A DNA stretch of 63,924 nt, filler included, from Asterionella formosa (lineage: Eukaryota), in assembly GCA_002256025.1 (NCBI GenBank). It is 13 parts of 13 records of this genome, joined end to end, with 100 filler letters (N's around TTAATTAATTAA, not from the genome) between each part and the next. Parts side by side here need not be neighbours in the genome. Positions count along the whole stretch, not along the records: positions 9,873 to 14,703 come from NKIB01013333.1; positions 14,804 to 19,615 come from NKIB01013334.1; positions 19,716 to 24,544 come from NKIB01013335.1; positions 24,645 to 29,473 come from NKIB01013336.1; 9 more parts are not named here. The stretch is one strand, 5' to 3'. Numbering within the stretch: position 1 is the first letter of the stretch; each line of letters starts with the position of its first letter. This document shows positions 13,076 through 24,959 of the stretch, piece after piece. Under the pieces are notes generated by a model. It was not told the DNA's origin and searched no databases. It saw only the letters and a program-made list of their open reading frames with translations. A program made the translations under genes and the position numbers.

Positions 13076-13399
13076 CTATTTCAAACTGGGATGTCCTTCG
13101 TCCATCTGGGGTAACTGCAACCCAGCCCTCGCCGCAGCTCGTCGACTCAATTCATGTGCAGACAAAATTTCATCAGCACCAGTATCCAAATCATGCAAGC
13201 GCTTTCTTTCTTTCAGGTCTGATAATAGTTGTGCATAGGTTTCGCTTAACTTTCGCAGCGATGGTGAAGTTGCAACTCGATATTGTTCCACTGCGAAGGC
13301 TCGAGTTGGTTGGGATGTATCGCCACCAATCAACGGAACATTTGTTTTGAGATTTCGAAGGATTCTTCGCAAGACATTCTTGGGGGCTTGAGATTTCAT
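13076..13399 (-). CDS. FMC1: FMC1-like mitochondrial ATP synthase assembly factor
   Basis: LYR-like start (VLRRILRNL), TYAQLL..LKERKRL and terminal AAARAGLQLP, all typical of FMC1. Confidence 0.65.
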   Translation of the reverse strand: MKSQAPKNVLRRILRNLKTNVPLIGGDTSQPTRAFAVEQYRVATSPSLRKLSETYAQLLSDLKERKRLHDLDTGADEILSAHELSRRAAARAGLQLPQMDEGHPSLK

Positions 13400-13992
13400 G
13401 AAATGTCGTTGTGTATTTATGTGTGTGATGGAAGAAGGTTTGGTTGCAAGAAGAATGACCAATCTGAAGGTTACACGGGAGGAAACAACAAAGCAACAAA
13501 CTCCGTGCGATATTGTTTTGAAAAATAAAACAGCAGCACGAATGTGTCTGTGGTGATGATATTTCTTGAAAGCAGAGCGTGGTAGTAGAAACGTGATATT
13601 TTGTCGTGCAGGTAGGTACCAGGGTGGTTGGAGAAGACATAAAACAAGAAGGTACCGGCACTCGTGGTACTAAATGGAGGCTACTACCGGTAGACACTAC
13701 TGGTTGAAGAACTGCCAAATACTGCATTGTATGTCCAAATACTGCATTTTATGTGTAAGCTGCAAAACAACAAACACTCTATAAATTGACTGCGACCGGT
13801 ACTGCAAAAGATCATCAGGGTTGCCACAACATGAATGTGTAGGTATGCCGTTAGTTTGTGTCAAACAGAGCTCAACTGAATTGGTCCTCGTTCATCATCA
13901 TGAAAGGAAGTCAAAACAAAAGCCTCACTATCCAGCAAGGACGCGACATTCCTATAATCAATCAAATAATTGTCATCGGGTTATAGATGTTA

Positions 13993-14703
13993 TTATGCAT
14001 AGGTTGTTACAACTTCAATTCCGGAGCCTCGAACCAGCATCATATTATCTATTGATGCACACATAGTATCAACATAATCAAAGAATTCTGCTGCAGGCTC
14101 GTGGGCTCGTATCAGGGGCATGTTAGTCACAACCAGGCTTGCTCGACTACTATATTGCTTGAGAGCCTCATTGAACGATCGGGCTGTTCTCATGCGCTCT
14201 CCGTGACTATGAGCATTATTGATGACGCCAGAGGGAAATTCAACATCTGCCATTGGCGATGCTGGGACATATGCTGATGCATCTCCACTCTCCATAATAT
14301 CCTCCCAGACAGCATGATATGGTACTTCATAGGCTTCTTGCGAGAAGACTTCACCAACTGTCAAATTTTGAGTACTGGTGTCTGTCAAGTCTCGGGTTGA
14401 GAGTCGCACTGATTCATCCGATTCTCTCATGTCATCGGCAATAGAAGTATCACTCAAATCGACAATTAATACAGAGGCTCGAATTCGAACCCTGGCCAAG
14501 TGCTCAATAACGGCTAGTCTGAGCCGATCTGGATTTTCTGTTGCACTTGAAGTGACTGCAAACAAACGAATTTTGATGTTCTTTTCAAACACTTCATCCT
14601 GTGAAAGGATATAGGGCAGCAACAACAAAAGCCCTCCGTCGTGAACTATCCACCATATGTCAATCGTTTGCGCTTGCGGCGTAATTGCATACTCGTTGAC
14701 TCT
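13993..14703 (-). CDS. C-terminus of an SLC12 cation-chloride cotransporter (5' part beyond the contig)
   Basis: IDIWWIVHDGGLLLLLPYIL and terminal MMLVRGSGIEVVTTYA motifs. Confidence 0.9.
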   Translation of the reverse strand, partial: RVNEYAITPQAQTIDIWWIVHDGGLLLLLPYILSQDEVFEKNIKIRLFAVTSSATENPDRLRLAVIEHLARVRIRASVLIVDLSDTSIADDMRESDESVRLSTRDLTDTSTQNLTVGEVFSQEAYEVPYHAVWEDIMESGDASAYVPASPMADVEFPSGVINNAHSHGERMRTARSFNEALKQYSSRASLVVTNMPLIRAHEPAAEFFDYVDTMCASIDNMMLVRGSGIEVVTTYA

Positions 14704-14803
14704 NNNNNNNNNNNNNNNNNNNNNNNNNNNNNNNNNNNNNNNNNNNNTTAATTAATTAANNNNNNNNNNNNNNNNNNNNNNNNNNNNNNNNNNNNNNNNN
14801 NNN

Positions 14804-16085
14804 TTTTTTTTCAGAACACACCATTTTGTCTGAAGAAGACCAAATGCCATTTCTATTCTTATCCTTAGCTGTGAAAGGAAAAAGTTAAATGTATCCTGTG
14901 TTGGATCATCACGTTGTGAGCCAACAAAGGGAACAAGCATTACATCAGACAATGTGTAAGCTGCATCGCCGACCAGATAAAAACCTGTGTTGAATGCTGC
15001 AACTCGATCGAAAATGGAAATTCGTTCAAAAGCTACTTGGTCACTGCATTTTCCCGGTGCAATTACACCAAAATAAATAAATCTTGAGTCAGCATCACAA
15101 ACAGCCTGGACATTGATTCCATAAGTCATGTAGTGACCGGAAAAAAATGAACCAGGGTTGTTGCCACTTTCAACTATAGTCGGGCGGTTGATGGTGGCTA
15201 GGAAGCCGTCAATAGCACCAACACAACCTCTCATCATGCCCTCTGAGCTTTTGCATTCAAAGCTGTAAGCCAATTTGATAAATTCTTCTTTTTCTTTTGG
15301 AAAAACAATTTCGAGTTCTCCACAGTTTAGTACAGCATCAATGAACAAATCACGACATCGATAAAGTGAAGCATGATGAATGTCGATGTAACTGCCACCA
15401 GCCAGCCATCGCAAACCAATGGCTACCACAATTTCGGGAATTATGGGCTCAGAAGTGCCACATTTGGAATAATTCCCTGCAATCTGAATTTCCAGCATGG
15501 AGGTGAGTTTTTTGAATGCTCTGTGTGACATTCTGTATGTCTTCTCGAAAGCAATTTCGTGATTGAGTTTCTTGACATGTGATTGCCAGGAGATTCTTTC
15601 GTGGTGCCACTTGTGCCTTCGTTGTCGTCGTCGTTCAGATGACTGAAACTGACGTTTACAGCGTCGCCTTTGTCGTTTGGATGAGTGTTCTTTTTCCGCT
15701 GCTTCCTTAGCTAAATGACAGAGGAAGAAGAAATCAAGATCACTACTGTCATCGTCATTATCATCAAGTAAATCAAATGGCGACGACATGATTCATGCAA
15801 ATGTGTGTTTTTAATATAATATTTAGTTTCCCGGTAATTATATTTTATGTTGTTGCTTGATATCAAGACCATCATTATATTCCGGAGGGATATACACATG
15901 ATCTTCGCCAGCCAGTTGCCGTTGAAGATCCATGTTACTCCATGATACAATGTGATCACAAATTAGTGATACAGTGACACTTTTGGAATGAATGAAATTC
16001 AGTTCAAATCGAGTTACCGTTGCTGATACATTTTCAAAAAAATTCAAATTCCGTTATACACGAAAAAAAATGATAAGAACAGCCC
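14804..16085 (-). mobile_element. PIF/Harbinger transposon: DDE transposase ORF 15789-<14804 and a probable terminus at ~16085
   Basis: GCVGAIDG, INVQAVCDADSRF, YLVGDAAY and RIRIEMAFGLL motifs. The end GATAAGAACAGCCC is followed by TTA. Confidence 0.9.
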
Positions 16086-16680
16086 TTAAACTAAGAATTG
16101 GTTGTTTGTATCGTCACTCCGAAAAAGGATGCGTTGCATGCCTTTTGGTTTCTTGACAATGCACCGTATGAGTGAAGGAACTTCTTGCTCGTCATGCATG
16201 ATGCACAAAAATCATATCATGATTTGATTGGCTTGCGAAAATTACTGCAAGACAGAACTCTGTATAACCTACACAAGATAATATGTGTGTAGAAGCAGGT
16301 ATAAAAAGCTGCGTCACTCTAGAAAAAAGTATGCTACTTGTGCTAATTTTCGGGCGCACAAGTGCACCAAAATTTGGAAAATCAATTCATCTTAGAAAAC
16401 GATTCAACCAAGAAAAATATCATTTTTTTTTAGCATTTGAATGTTTTCAACTATGCAGAAGTGCGTGGGTATGACGTTTTGATCAACAGAAGTTGGCAAT
16501 TCCGAAATCGCGATCATCCAGTCTCCCCATCTAAGTAAATCTAGTCGTGGCTGTGTACATTTGGGGAGACCGAAGCACGGGATTTACGGTAGACTACCCC
16601 GGTATGTCGATCATATACGAGGAGAGAGTGGCTGGTACCTGGTGGAGTACCTACCAGGTACCCGACATCATTTTAATTAA

Positions 16681-17873
16681 AGTTCCTGCATTTGAACCCC
16701 TAGGCAAAAATTAAAATACCCTGGAACTAAGAACTTTTATGTGCTGATTTGAATATCAATGATTCAGTTTGAAATATTCAAATGAGTGGAAATTTGCGCG
16801 TACGTGTATAGATTCCATTTCAAATGCATTAAATATGTAAAAATAGATTCTTCATCACTGAATGTTTTATATTGTTAGCTTTTCTACCGATAGTAACACC
16901 TACTCGTATCAACAAAAATGTTTCACATTCACGACCCGGCGGCTCCGAAAAATATTTGAATCTGCATACGAACGGTAGTAACGTACTGGTAAGCGTGCAC
17001 TATCTCGTACTATGACCAATGATGACCAGCTACCTGGTACCGGTAGGTCTACCCGGTACTCGGTATTCCTACTCTACCCGGTACTCGGTATTCCTACTCC
17101 GTACGGAAATGGTTTTCGGATAGGTCTACCCGGTACTCGGTATTCCTACTCCGTATGGATACTGGTATACGGGTAGGATCGGCCAACACCCAAGAAAATG
17201 CTTCATGTGCATCCAGTGTGGCCGGCGTGGGATTGCAAGACCTCGCAAACCGTGCCAATCGAACGGATGTAAGGATAACCAATCAGAATATGATTTTTAC
17301 AGCGGGCAATTACATTGGAACTTTATGTACACGAGATTTTACGACTACAAATTTTAGCACAAGACTACCATTCCGATGATGACGTTTCGGTGATTAGTGA
17401 TTCTGATTCCGACGTTTTGGTGACCGTTGAAAAGGCCGATATCGTCGAATTTTTGGACGACGATAGCTCAACGTTGGCAGGGTTTGAAGAAGAGTAAAGT
17501 ACAAAGGTAATCTTCATATAGCCCCAGAAGTTAACTTTCGGCGAGAAACTGCAGAAAGGAACTTCGGTTTTTTACTAGGCCAAATAAACGAATTAGCCCG
17601 GTAAAATCCACTATTTTCAGCATAGTTAAAAAACCGAACTTCCTTTCTGCAGTTTCTCGCCAGATCCTATATCCTGACGATATATAGCGTTGACCTATAC
17701 CCCTACTTTGATACATGACTGTATTTTAGCATGTTGAAAGGGTGTGTATTGGTGAAAGCTCCGTTTAGCGATATACATTTACGTTTTACTCTTAAGAAGT
17801 CAATGTTTGACTACTCTGACTTAATATTATTTTTTTAACCCTACCTCGAGCTAGGGGTTCAAAAGCAGGAACC
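16681..17873. mobile_element. Non-autonomous TIR element with TTAA flanks (Kolobok-like)
   Basis: Left AGTTCCTGCATTTGAACCCCTAG and right CTAGGGGTTCAAAAGCAGGAACC form 23-bp TIRs with 2 mismatches. TTAA on both sides. Confidence 0.8.
17048..17155. repeat. Three copies of TCTACCCGGTACTCGGTATTCCTACTC
   Basis: Direct repeats read from the sequence. Confidence 0.9.
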
Positions 17874-18303
17874 TTAAATTTTAGAAAATTCGAAGGGGTT
17901 TCTGCACTTTAAAGTGCTATCGAAACTGTAGATAATTGAAGATAAATATAAAGTAGAAACTAGTAGGAGTTATCACAACCAGGTTTGTCCCTGCTTGACC
18001 TCGAACTCACATGTGAGGGCAACCTTGCCTCCCCTTTTGGGGCATCCAAATTGACCGGCCCTTGCCTACTGGTTCCCTCAAATTAACATAACTGAGAATT
18101 ATCACTCAGATCTTAGAGCAGTTATCTAGTAGTACAATGTCTTCAAAAAACCATAAAGATGTTCATGGAAACAAGCAACATATGGCAAATACTGCCGGTA
18201 TGGAACAAAGAAGCAAGTACCAAAATGAGTTCACAAAAAAAGTGAATCGGCAATCATCCAAAGGAACCCAATCGGCAACAGGGAGTTAGTGGGGGTACTA
18301 CTT

Positions 18304-18436
18304 AATCGATTATGACGTTTCTTCTTCAGTTGTTGCAACAAGAAAAATGGCTCCTGTCGATAGTGGAGTTACTACTAAATCGATTATGACGTTTCTTCTT
18401 CAGTTGCTGCAACAAGAAAAATGGCTCCTGTCGATA
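18304..18436. repeat. Two ~59-bp direct repeats
   Basis: AATCGATTATGACGTTTCTTCTTCAGTTG...GGCTCCTGTCGATA occurs twice. Confidence 0.85.
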
Positions 18437-21044
18437 ATACCATTAATAAGCAACTCTCGGATGCAGATGGCTGGACAACATGGTACCATATCATACACTT
18501 TCTAATTGCACGGACCAGCAAGTACATGACAAACTAAGAGAAAAACAATTTGCACTTGCCAAAGGGAGGATATCATCAATTGGTCAATGAACTCAAACAC
18601 TACAAAGGTCGTAATTCGGTTCAAAACTAGTCCATACAAGGTGATCAAGAATCTTCTATTTCAGCAGCCATATCAGACCGTCGTTCCTGCTTTGCAAAAA
18701 TTGAACCATCAATTGTCAAAAAGGTTGTGAGCTTTATTTTCAAGACCAAGAAGTTTTGCTTTGAACATGTAAGTTTGATGTTATAGTTCGTGATTTACAG
18801 GTACTTTAAAACAGAATATCAATCTAAAGTGCTTTTTTTGGTCCCAAAGAGAATCAAACATCCCACCCTATCTGGTACAAGTAGTGGTATGAAATGCATT
18901 TCCAATCACAAACAGGATTGGTTTGCCCAATAATGCCTAACTCGGCTATACACAGTGAAACCTGAATTAGGCAAAGAAGTGGAGAGTAACCCAGAGCTTG
19001 CCAAATTCATATGGAATGGTTCTGATGCACTATTTCCTATCATTCAGATCATTGAACATATCAACAAGGCACGTTTAGATTACATCAAAGCAACATTTAG
19101 AGGCATGAGCATTAAAAAGTTAAGAGATTGTCAGAATGTATTGAATAATCAATTTAAAGGAATCTTAGGTAAGTTCTTGCAGCGCGGGAGATGCTCTGAA
19201 AGCATGATGATTATGTTCTTATCAAATATGTTTCAATTTAAAAATGCTAACCTAATTCATGACACACCAGCTGGTCTAACAGAATATAACTTTCAGAGAT
19301 ATTGATGACTTTATTATGTTGGCATTCACGCTTTATCAAAAAACATTGACAGGGGAAGCCAAGCAAGTATACCAAGTCTGGCGTGATGCTCTTGCTCCAG
19401 TGTATTTTAAAGGCAGAAGAAGCCGTGGAGAACCATTTTTAACAGGAGACAAATCTGGTGTGATCAAGTTTTGTTGGTTCGCTGATCAATGCCAGAACAG
19501 AAGCATTTTGCTTCTTGGTGCTGAAAGAAAATTTCCGATTGCAACAAAAATATTTGGGTTTCAATCCAGATACGCATGAAATTTCAGAGAACGATATTCG
19601 TCATTCTACTGATTTNNNNNNNNNNNNNNNNNNNNNNNNNNNNNNNNNNNNNNNNNNNNTTAATTAATTAANNNNNNNNNNNNNNNNNNNNNNNNNNNNN
19701 NNNNNNNNNNNNNNNTCTCATGATGACCAAACCTCATCATCTGAAGATGAGGAGGATGAAACAACTGGTAGTATTTATGGATTGTAATGACTAATATTTT
19801 GATAGTGGTGTGTTAATCTTAATAATTATGTAATTGATGGAGCTCCAGAGGATTTCATTTCTTTCAACTTGGAAGGTGTGAGTTAGAGCCTTCTCCCTTC
19901 CTATGCATTGAGTGAGAAGACCGGCAGTGCAGTGAGGATTCAAAAACTGCAAACAATCAAAGGATACAATGAAACCAGGAAATCCAAGAATTTAATAGTG
20001 GTCGTATATATGCTTTGTGGAATCAACTGATTCAGGAAACACAATCCATTTGTTCTGTTTCAAGCTCATCCACTCAACTAAACTAAAGATGAAAATCCAG
20101 TTTCCCCTGCTTATTCCAGTGATTCCGTCAAGGGAATCAAAATTTACATCCCTTGCCAGAGCTCACATTCCTGTTAGGACAAGAATACGATAATTATAAC
20201 ATGACCCTTGTACCTTAATGTCACTTTGTCTTCTGGTATCAGCTTCAATGGAATAGTCCCTGCAGATGCAATCGACAATTTCATAAGGAAGAAACCAAAA
20301 TCTGCTTCTGAAAACTGCACCAAGTTTTGAATCTGCATTCCAAATAATCTATAGGCTTTCTGTTCATGCAATCCTTAGTCTTGATAATGTATCGGGTGTA
20401 GAGAATGAAGCTCGTCGATGTTTCAGGACCAAGTGACGCCTTACCCTCTCCTTTAGAACATCATTGAGCACCGATTCCTTTCTTCATCTTCTGTGGCTTC
20501 CTTAACAATCAAATCCAACACTTCATTGACTACGCAATCATAGAGAGAGTATCTTGCCAATGACTACCAGTGGCAACCCATCGTAGAGAAGGACAAGGTC
20601 ATGGTGCAGTGGTGATCAATTGATCTATAGTCATGATGATTGCAATTGGAAGTTTTATATTTATAAAAATACTGGTGGTGATGTCATGATATGCCGGTAT
20701 GTTCATAAAATATTTGTAATGATGAGACAGTCAATCTAATCAAACTCTTTTATCGCCATTATTCTATCTAGTGTTCTGGATGCGAATCAAATTTCACAAT
20801 CTGACTGAATTTCCGAGGAAATTCGTCAGTGTCAAGAAGAACGTCGAATTCACTGATGTGAAAAAAAATTGATTTCGGAAATTCAAAACCAAGAATCATC
20901 AAGTTTCCAACACAGTTAGGAACTGGTTCATAAAAAGTCACAAGAATTTTCTCGAGTAGTAAGCAATAGCATGAGCATGAGCAAAGTAAGCAAAGAAATT
21001 AAACTTTCTTGTTCACTTTGCATTATTCTCTCCAAATTTAAAAC

Positions 21045-21393
21045 AAGTTGGGATAGCCCAGTGGTTGATAATTAAATGTGGTAGATTTGATCTTTGCTAT
21101 GTCATCTCGTCTTTAAGTCGGTTTAGCTCCTCAAAACGGATAAAATATCTAAGTGCACTGGAGCGAGTATTCAAGTATATCAATAAGAATCGAGCACTGG
21201 CAATCAAGATAAATCCGGATAACTACGGCTTGCCAAATCTCACGACATTATGAACGAGGGTGCAGACTGGACTGAGCAGTATCCAGTAGGGAATGAAGAA
21301 ATAGATGAGAAGCTTCCCACCCCTTTGGGGAAGGAACTGCCTACAACCATATACTTAGATTCGGATCACGCCCAAGACCAGAAAACTAGATCC
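21045..21393 (+). pseudogene. Copia RT/RNase H fragment
   Basis: GRFDLCYVISSLSRFSS, ERVFKYI, DWTEQYP..EEIDEKLPTPLG and YLDSDHAQDQKTR motifs. Confidence 0.8.
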
Positions 21394-21855
21394 TTTTCCA
21401 GCCAAACTGATGAAAACAATCTATCTTAATCTGCGTTTTCAAAAAAGTTTTTGGGATTTGAGAGTCAGAACTGCTGCCAGCATCATCATACATACCAACT
21501 TCCTGATCTAACTATCATATATTACTATGTGGCTGTATCCATGCTCAGCAGTGTATCCGAGGTATCCCTCGTTGGCGCTATATAATCGGTTGATTTCGTT
21601 TCATTTCTTGCCAATTAGCCAACAACTTTATGACTTTTTCGTTTGGAAGAATTTTTATCAGTAACCTACTAGCTTCATCACTAATTCGTGATACAGATGA
21701 TTCAAATTGTGAATTAATGAAGCATGAGCGCTTGCACGGCGTCATTTTGTCAATTTCAGCAAAATGACAGCAAATTGCTCGTACCAGGTGCGTACCAGAA
21801 TCTCTAGGACGTAGACTACCGGTGCATAGCTAGATACAGTCATAGCTACCTGGTA

Positions 21856-22623
21856 CTCCCTTTGGGTGGGCGACAACAATTGCGTCAATTTTCGCTTTCA
21901 ATAGATCTAATGTGTGCCTTGCGCTTACTAGCTACAGATTCATGTATAATATATAATTTAAATTGGCAACTATGTTTCCAAAACGACTTCTTTTTGGGCT
22001 TTTTCGATTTTTACTTATGGCCATCTAGAGCTAATTTTAGATATTTACGGACCTATTTTTATCGTCGAATCATATATTTTTAACATACTTAGGAAGTAGT
22101 AAATGTCAGTAGAATAACGGTAACTTATCTTCGATTATGGAATCAAGCGCAACCGCGAAAGTGGCGATGAGCGATGGGAAGGAAGAAAATAGTAGCATTT
22201 TCGTTTTGAGGATTGGAACTGTTAATTAGCTGGCGTTATGCTCAATTTAAATATAATTTCCGTCGAAGATGTACTGAACAACAGTTATTCCATTCATTTT
22301 ATAATTATGATAATGTCATGTTGTATTGGGTTTCCCGCAAAGATTTGAGTTGCCAGCCGATGTAAAACAGCATTTGGTGATATGTACTTTTTGTATGCTA
22401 TCAATATATGCATGCTAAATTGTTTTCGATTTATTTATTTAGATGCCAATAATTTAACAAGTGATTGAGAGTTTAAACTCATGTCCAAATAACCATTAAA
22501 AATGCGCCGACCGCCCTCGAGTAGTAAAATGGCTTGTTTTCTTCGTAATCCGCGGTCCTAAATATACGCTGCTTGGCACATGAGCTGCTGCATATTGACG
22601 CAATTTTTTTTGCCCAGAGGGAG
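21856..22623. mobile_element. Stowaway/mariner-like MITE
   Basis: TA|CTCCCT...AATTGCGTCAAT at the left and ATTGACGCAATT...AGGGAG|TA at the right, giving a TA TSD. Confidence 0.7.
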
Positions 22624-23500
22624 TATCTATTATTTCTCGGAGTACTTGTATTTGTACCAGGTACTGGTAGATATATACTTGTTTCAGTACTACTCCCCCT
22701 GTTCCGAAATACATGCATGGTTGCAACAATAGGATGAGGTATGCCCTTTCCAGCAAGTTGCCATCAGTTTGCTGAGCTGATACCATGGCAACTGACTGAT
22801 ATTCTATATATGACACCTTAGAGAACATATAAATTCTAAGCTTCAAATCTTCAATGAGCTGGCCTGCCAATAATTGGGCACAATAGAATCACTTTTGTTT
22901 TTGCTTTGGCAAAAATGATTCTGATTTGGTTGATAGAGTAAACTTTACTCAAATCAATGAGTGAGCCAATGAATTAAATTATACTTAACTTCATTTTAGC
23001 AAAGTTTACTTCTTGTGCTAAATCAACTGGTGTTTGCTTGCTTTATCTGGCAAAATTACAATATTTTGAGCTAAATCCAACCATCAAAATCAAGTCTTAC
23101 CATGCTCCACAAGTTTGAGGAGCTCTGAAGTCATCTTTTCGTCTTCTACTGCCTCATCAGATACATTATCGCCTTCTGCATGGTAAAAGAAGTCTGGATC
23201 ACCTTAAGAAATGATCTGGAAGTGCTTGTCAAGGCATAAGATACAGCTCAGCCAAATTTGCATCTAGACTGAATTTAGCCTACTTGCTGGGAGGAATCCG
23301 ATACTGTTCAATGCATATCTATGCCGGTCGGCTTTTTATACAGCCATGTATATATACCCGTATACCAGAGCTGTGTGTGATATGCTCTGGGTGACAATGG
23401 TGTCAATCTCCAACCCCCGACTAGCACTATCTGCTCCTAGTCATCAGGGTGATCCAAAGAAGTCTGCTGTCTACAGCGACAAAGCAGACTGAACGGGACC

Positions 23501-24544
23501 ATGCAGATTCGTCAGATAAGCATTTTACAGCGAGCTGTTCGAGCGAAGCAGCACGGCGCTTGTCAGAATCCCCAGTTTCTAAGAATTCTGAACGATTTCA
23601 GGTCGTTTGGTACTAATAGTGGCGCCTCGACGGAAATCGGACTCTTCTCCATCCCTCATTTGCGTAGGCCAAGCGATTTCGCCAAGTTGGCGGCCAAAGC
23701 CATATTGCAGTGTGATGCCCTCCGAAGCTCACTCGAAGCGGACACGCAAACTCCCATTCATTCGACGCACCAGGCCTTGGACGTGTTGTATCGGTTGGAT
23801 TCCATCTCCAAGGAAGTTTGCAACGTCATCGATGCTGCTGAACTATGTCGAAGCGTCCATACAGATCGTCAATGGCAAGAGAGTGCCAGTCATGCCTTTT
23901 CCATCCTAAGTGATTATATTGGGCAACTTAATGCGGATACCAACATTTTCAATGCACTAGTAATGGTGACCAATTCGCTGGTATTTCCTACTCTATCTGA
24001 AGAGCAACAACGATTTGCATCCTTGTTAAAAGCAGAGTTTGAGCGAGATGGGATTCATTTGTCCATCGAACAACGAAATGATGTTCAACAATTGCAGTCA
24101 CATGTGGTACAATTGGAATCGTTGTTTCAGCAAAACATTACTAATTCGACTCATTACTTTAATGTCGAAGCTCAATGGGTCGACGATGTTTTATCTCGTC
24201 ATGTGATTGAATCCAACATTCCACAATCATCGACACGAACTCCTTCTCAAGTGACATTAAGTACAGATGCGTCCATTTCCAATGCCCTTTTGCGCTATTC
24301 TCCCAATCAAACACTAAGAAAACACATTTATATGGAAACGTCCACCTCTTGTCCAGAGAATTTGCAGGTTTTGGAGTCGTTGCGGAAGGTACGACATGAG
24401 GTATCTGTGAAACAAGGATTTGAATCCTACGCTGATCGATCTTTGCGTGATAGGATGGCGCAAACACCGAAGAACGTCGAAACCTTTCTCACTCACTTAG
24501 AACATCGAATCTCGGGATTGTACCAGCAGGATATGGCTCTTTTG
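23501..24544 (+). CDS. MIPEP: Mitochondrial intermediate peptidase (M3 family), N-terminal part
   Basis: Presequence, LDSISKEVCNVIDAAELCRSVH, FERDGIHL and GFESYAD motifs. Truncated at the contig end. Confidence 0.88.
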
Positions 24545-24959
24545 NNNNNNNNNNNNNNNNNNNNNNNNNNNNNNNNNNNNNNNNNNNNTTAATTAATTAA
24601 NNNNNNNNNNNNNNNNNNNNNNNNNNNNNNNNNNNNNNNNNNNNACTTGTACGTAAACGAAATTTCGAAAAGTCAAATGAATTATTTGAAACATCAACTA
24701 ATTCAGTCTCGCGTTCAAAATTCATTGTGAAAACTTCACATGAAGCAGTTAAAACTTCACATGAAACCGTTAAAAGTAATCTTTTTTACGTGAAGAGTGG
24801 CATTAATGCATGTGAAGTACCACATAATTAACACTCATACGTAGACGAAATTTCGAAAAGTGGCGTATTTCGCGTCTTAGATGTTGTTGGTGACGGCGAC
24901 TTTCAAGCAGCCTTGGAGAGAAAGAGAAGCCCTCCCTGGATGGTCTCCTTTGACCGGAA

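Noticed and set aside
23135..23165. Hammerhead-like CTGATGA...GAAA on the minus strand
   Set aside because: Stem II does not pair and there are no flanking stems.
22692..23290. Possible second Stowaway end and mariner transposase remnant
   Set aside because: Only one TIR-like end and a weak SxDxN-like motif, which is insufficient support.
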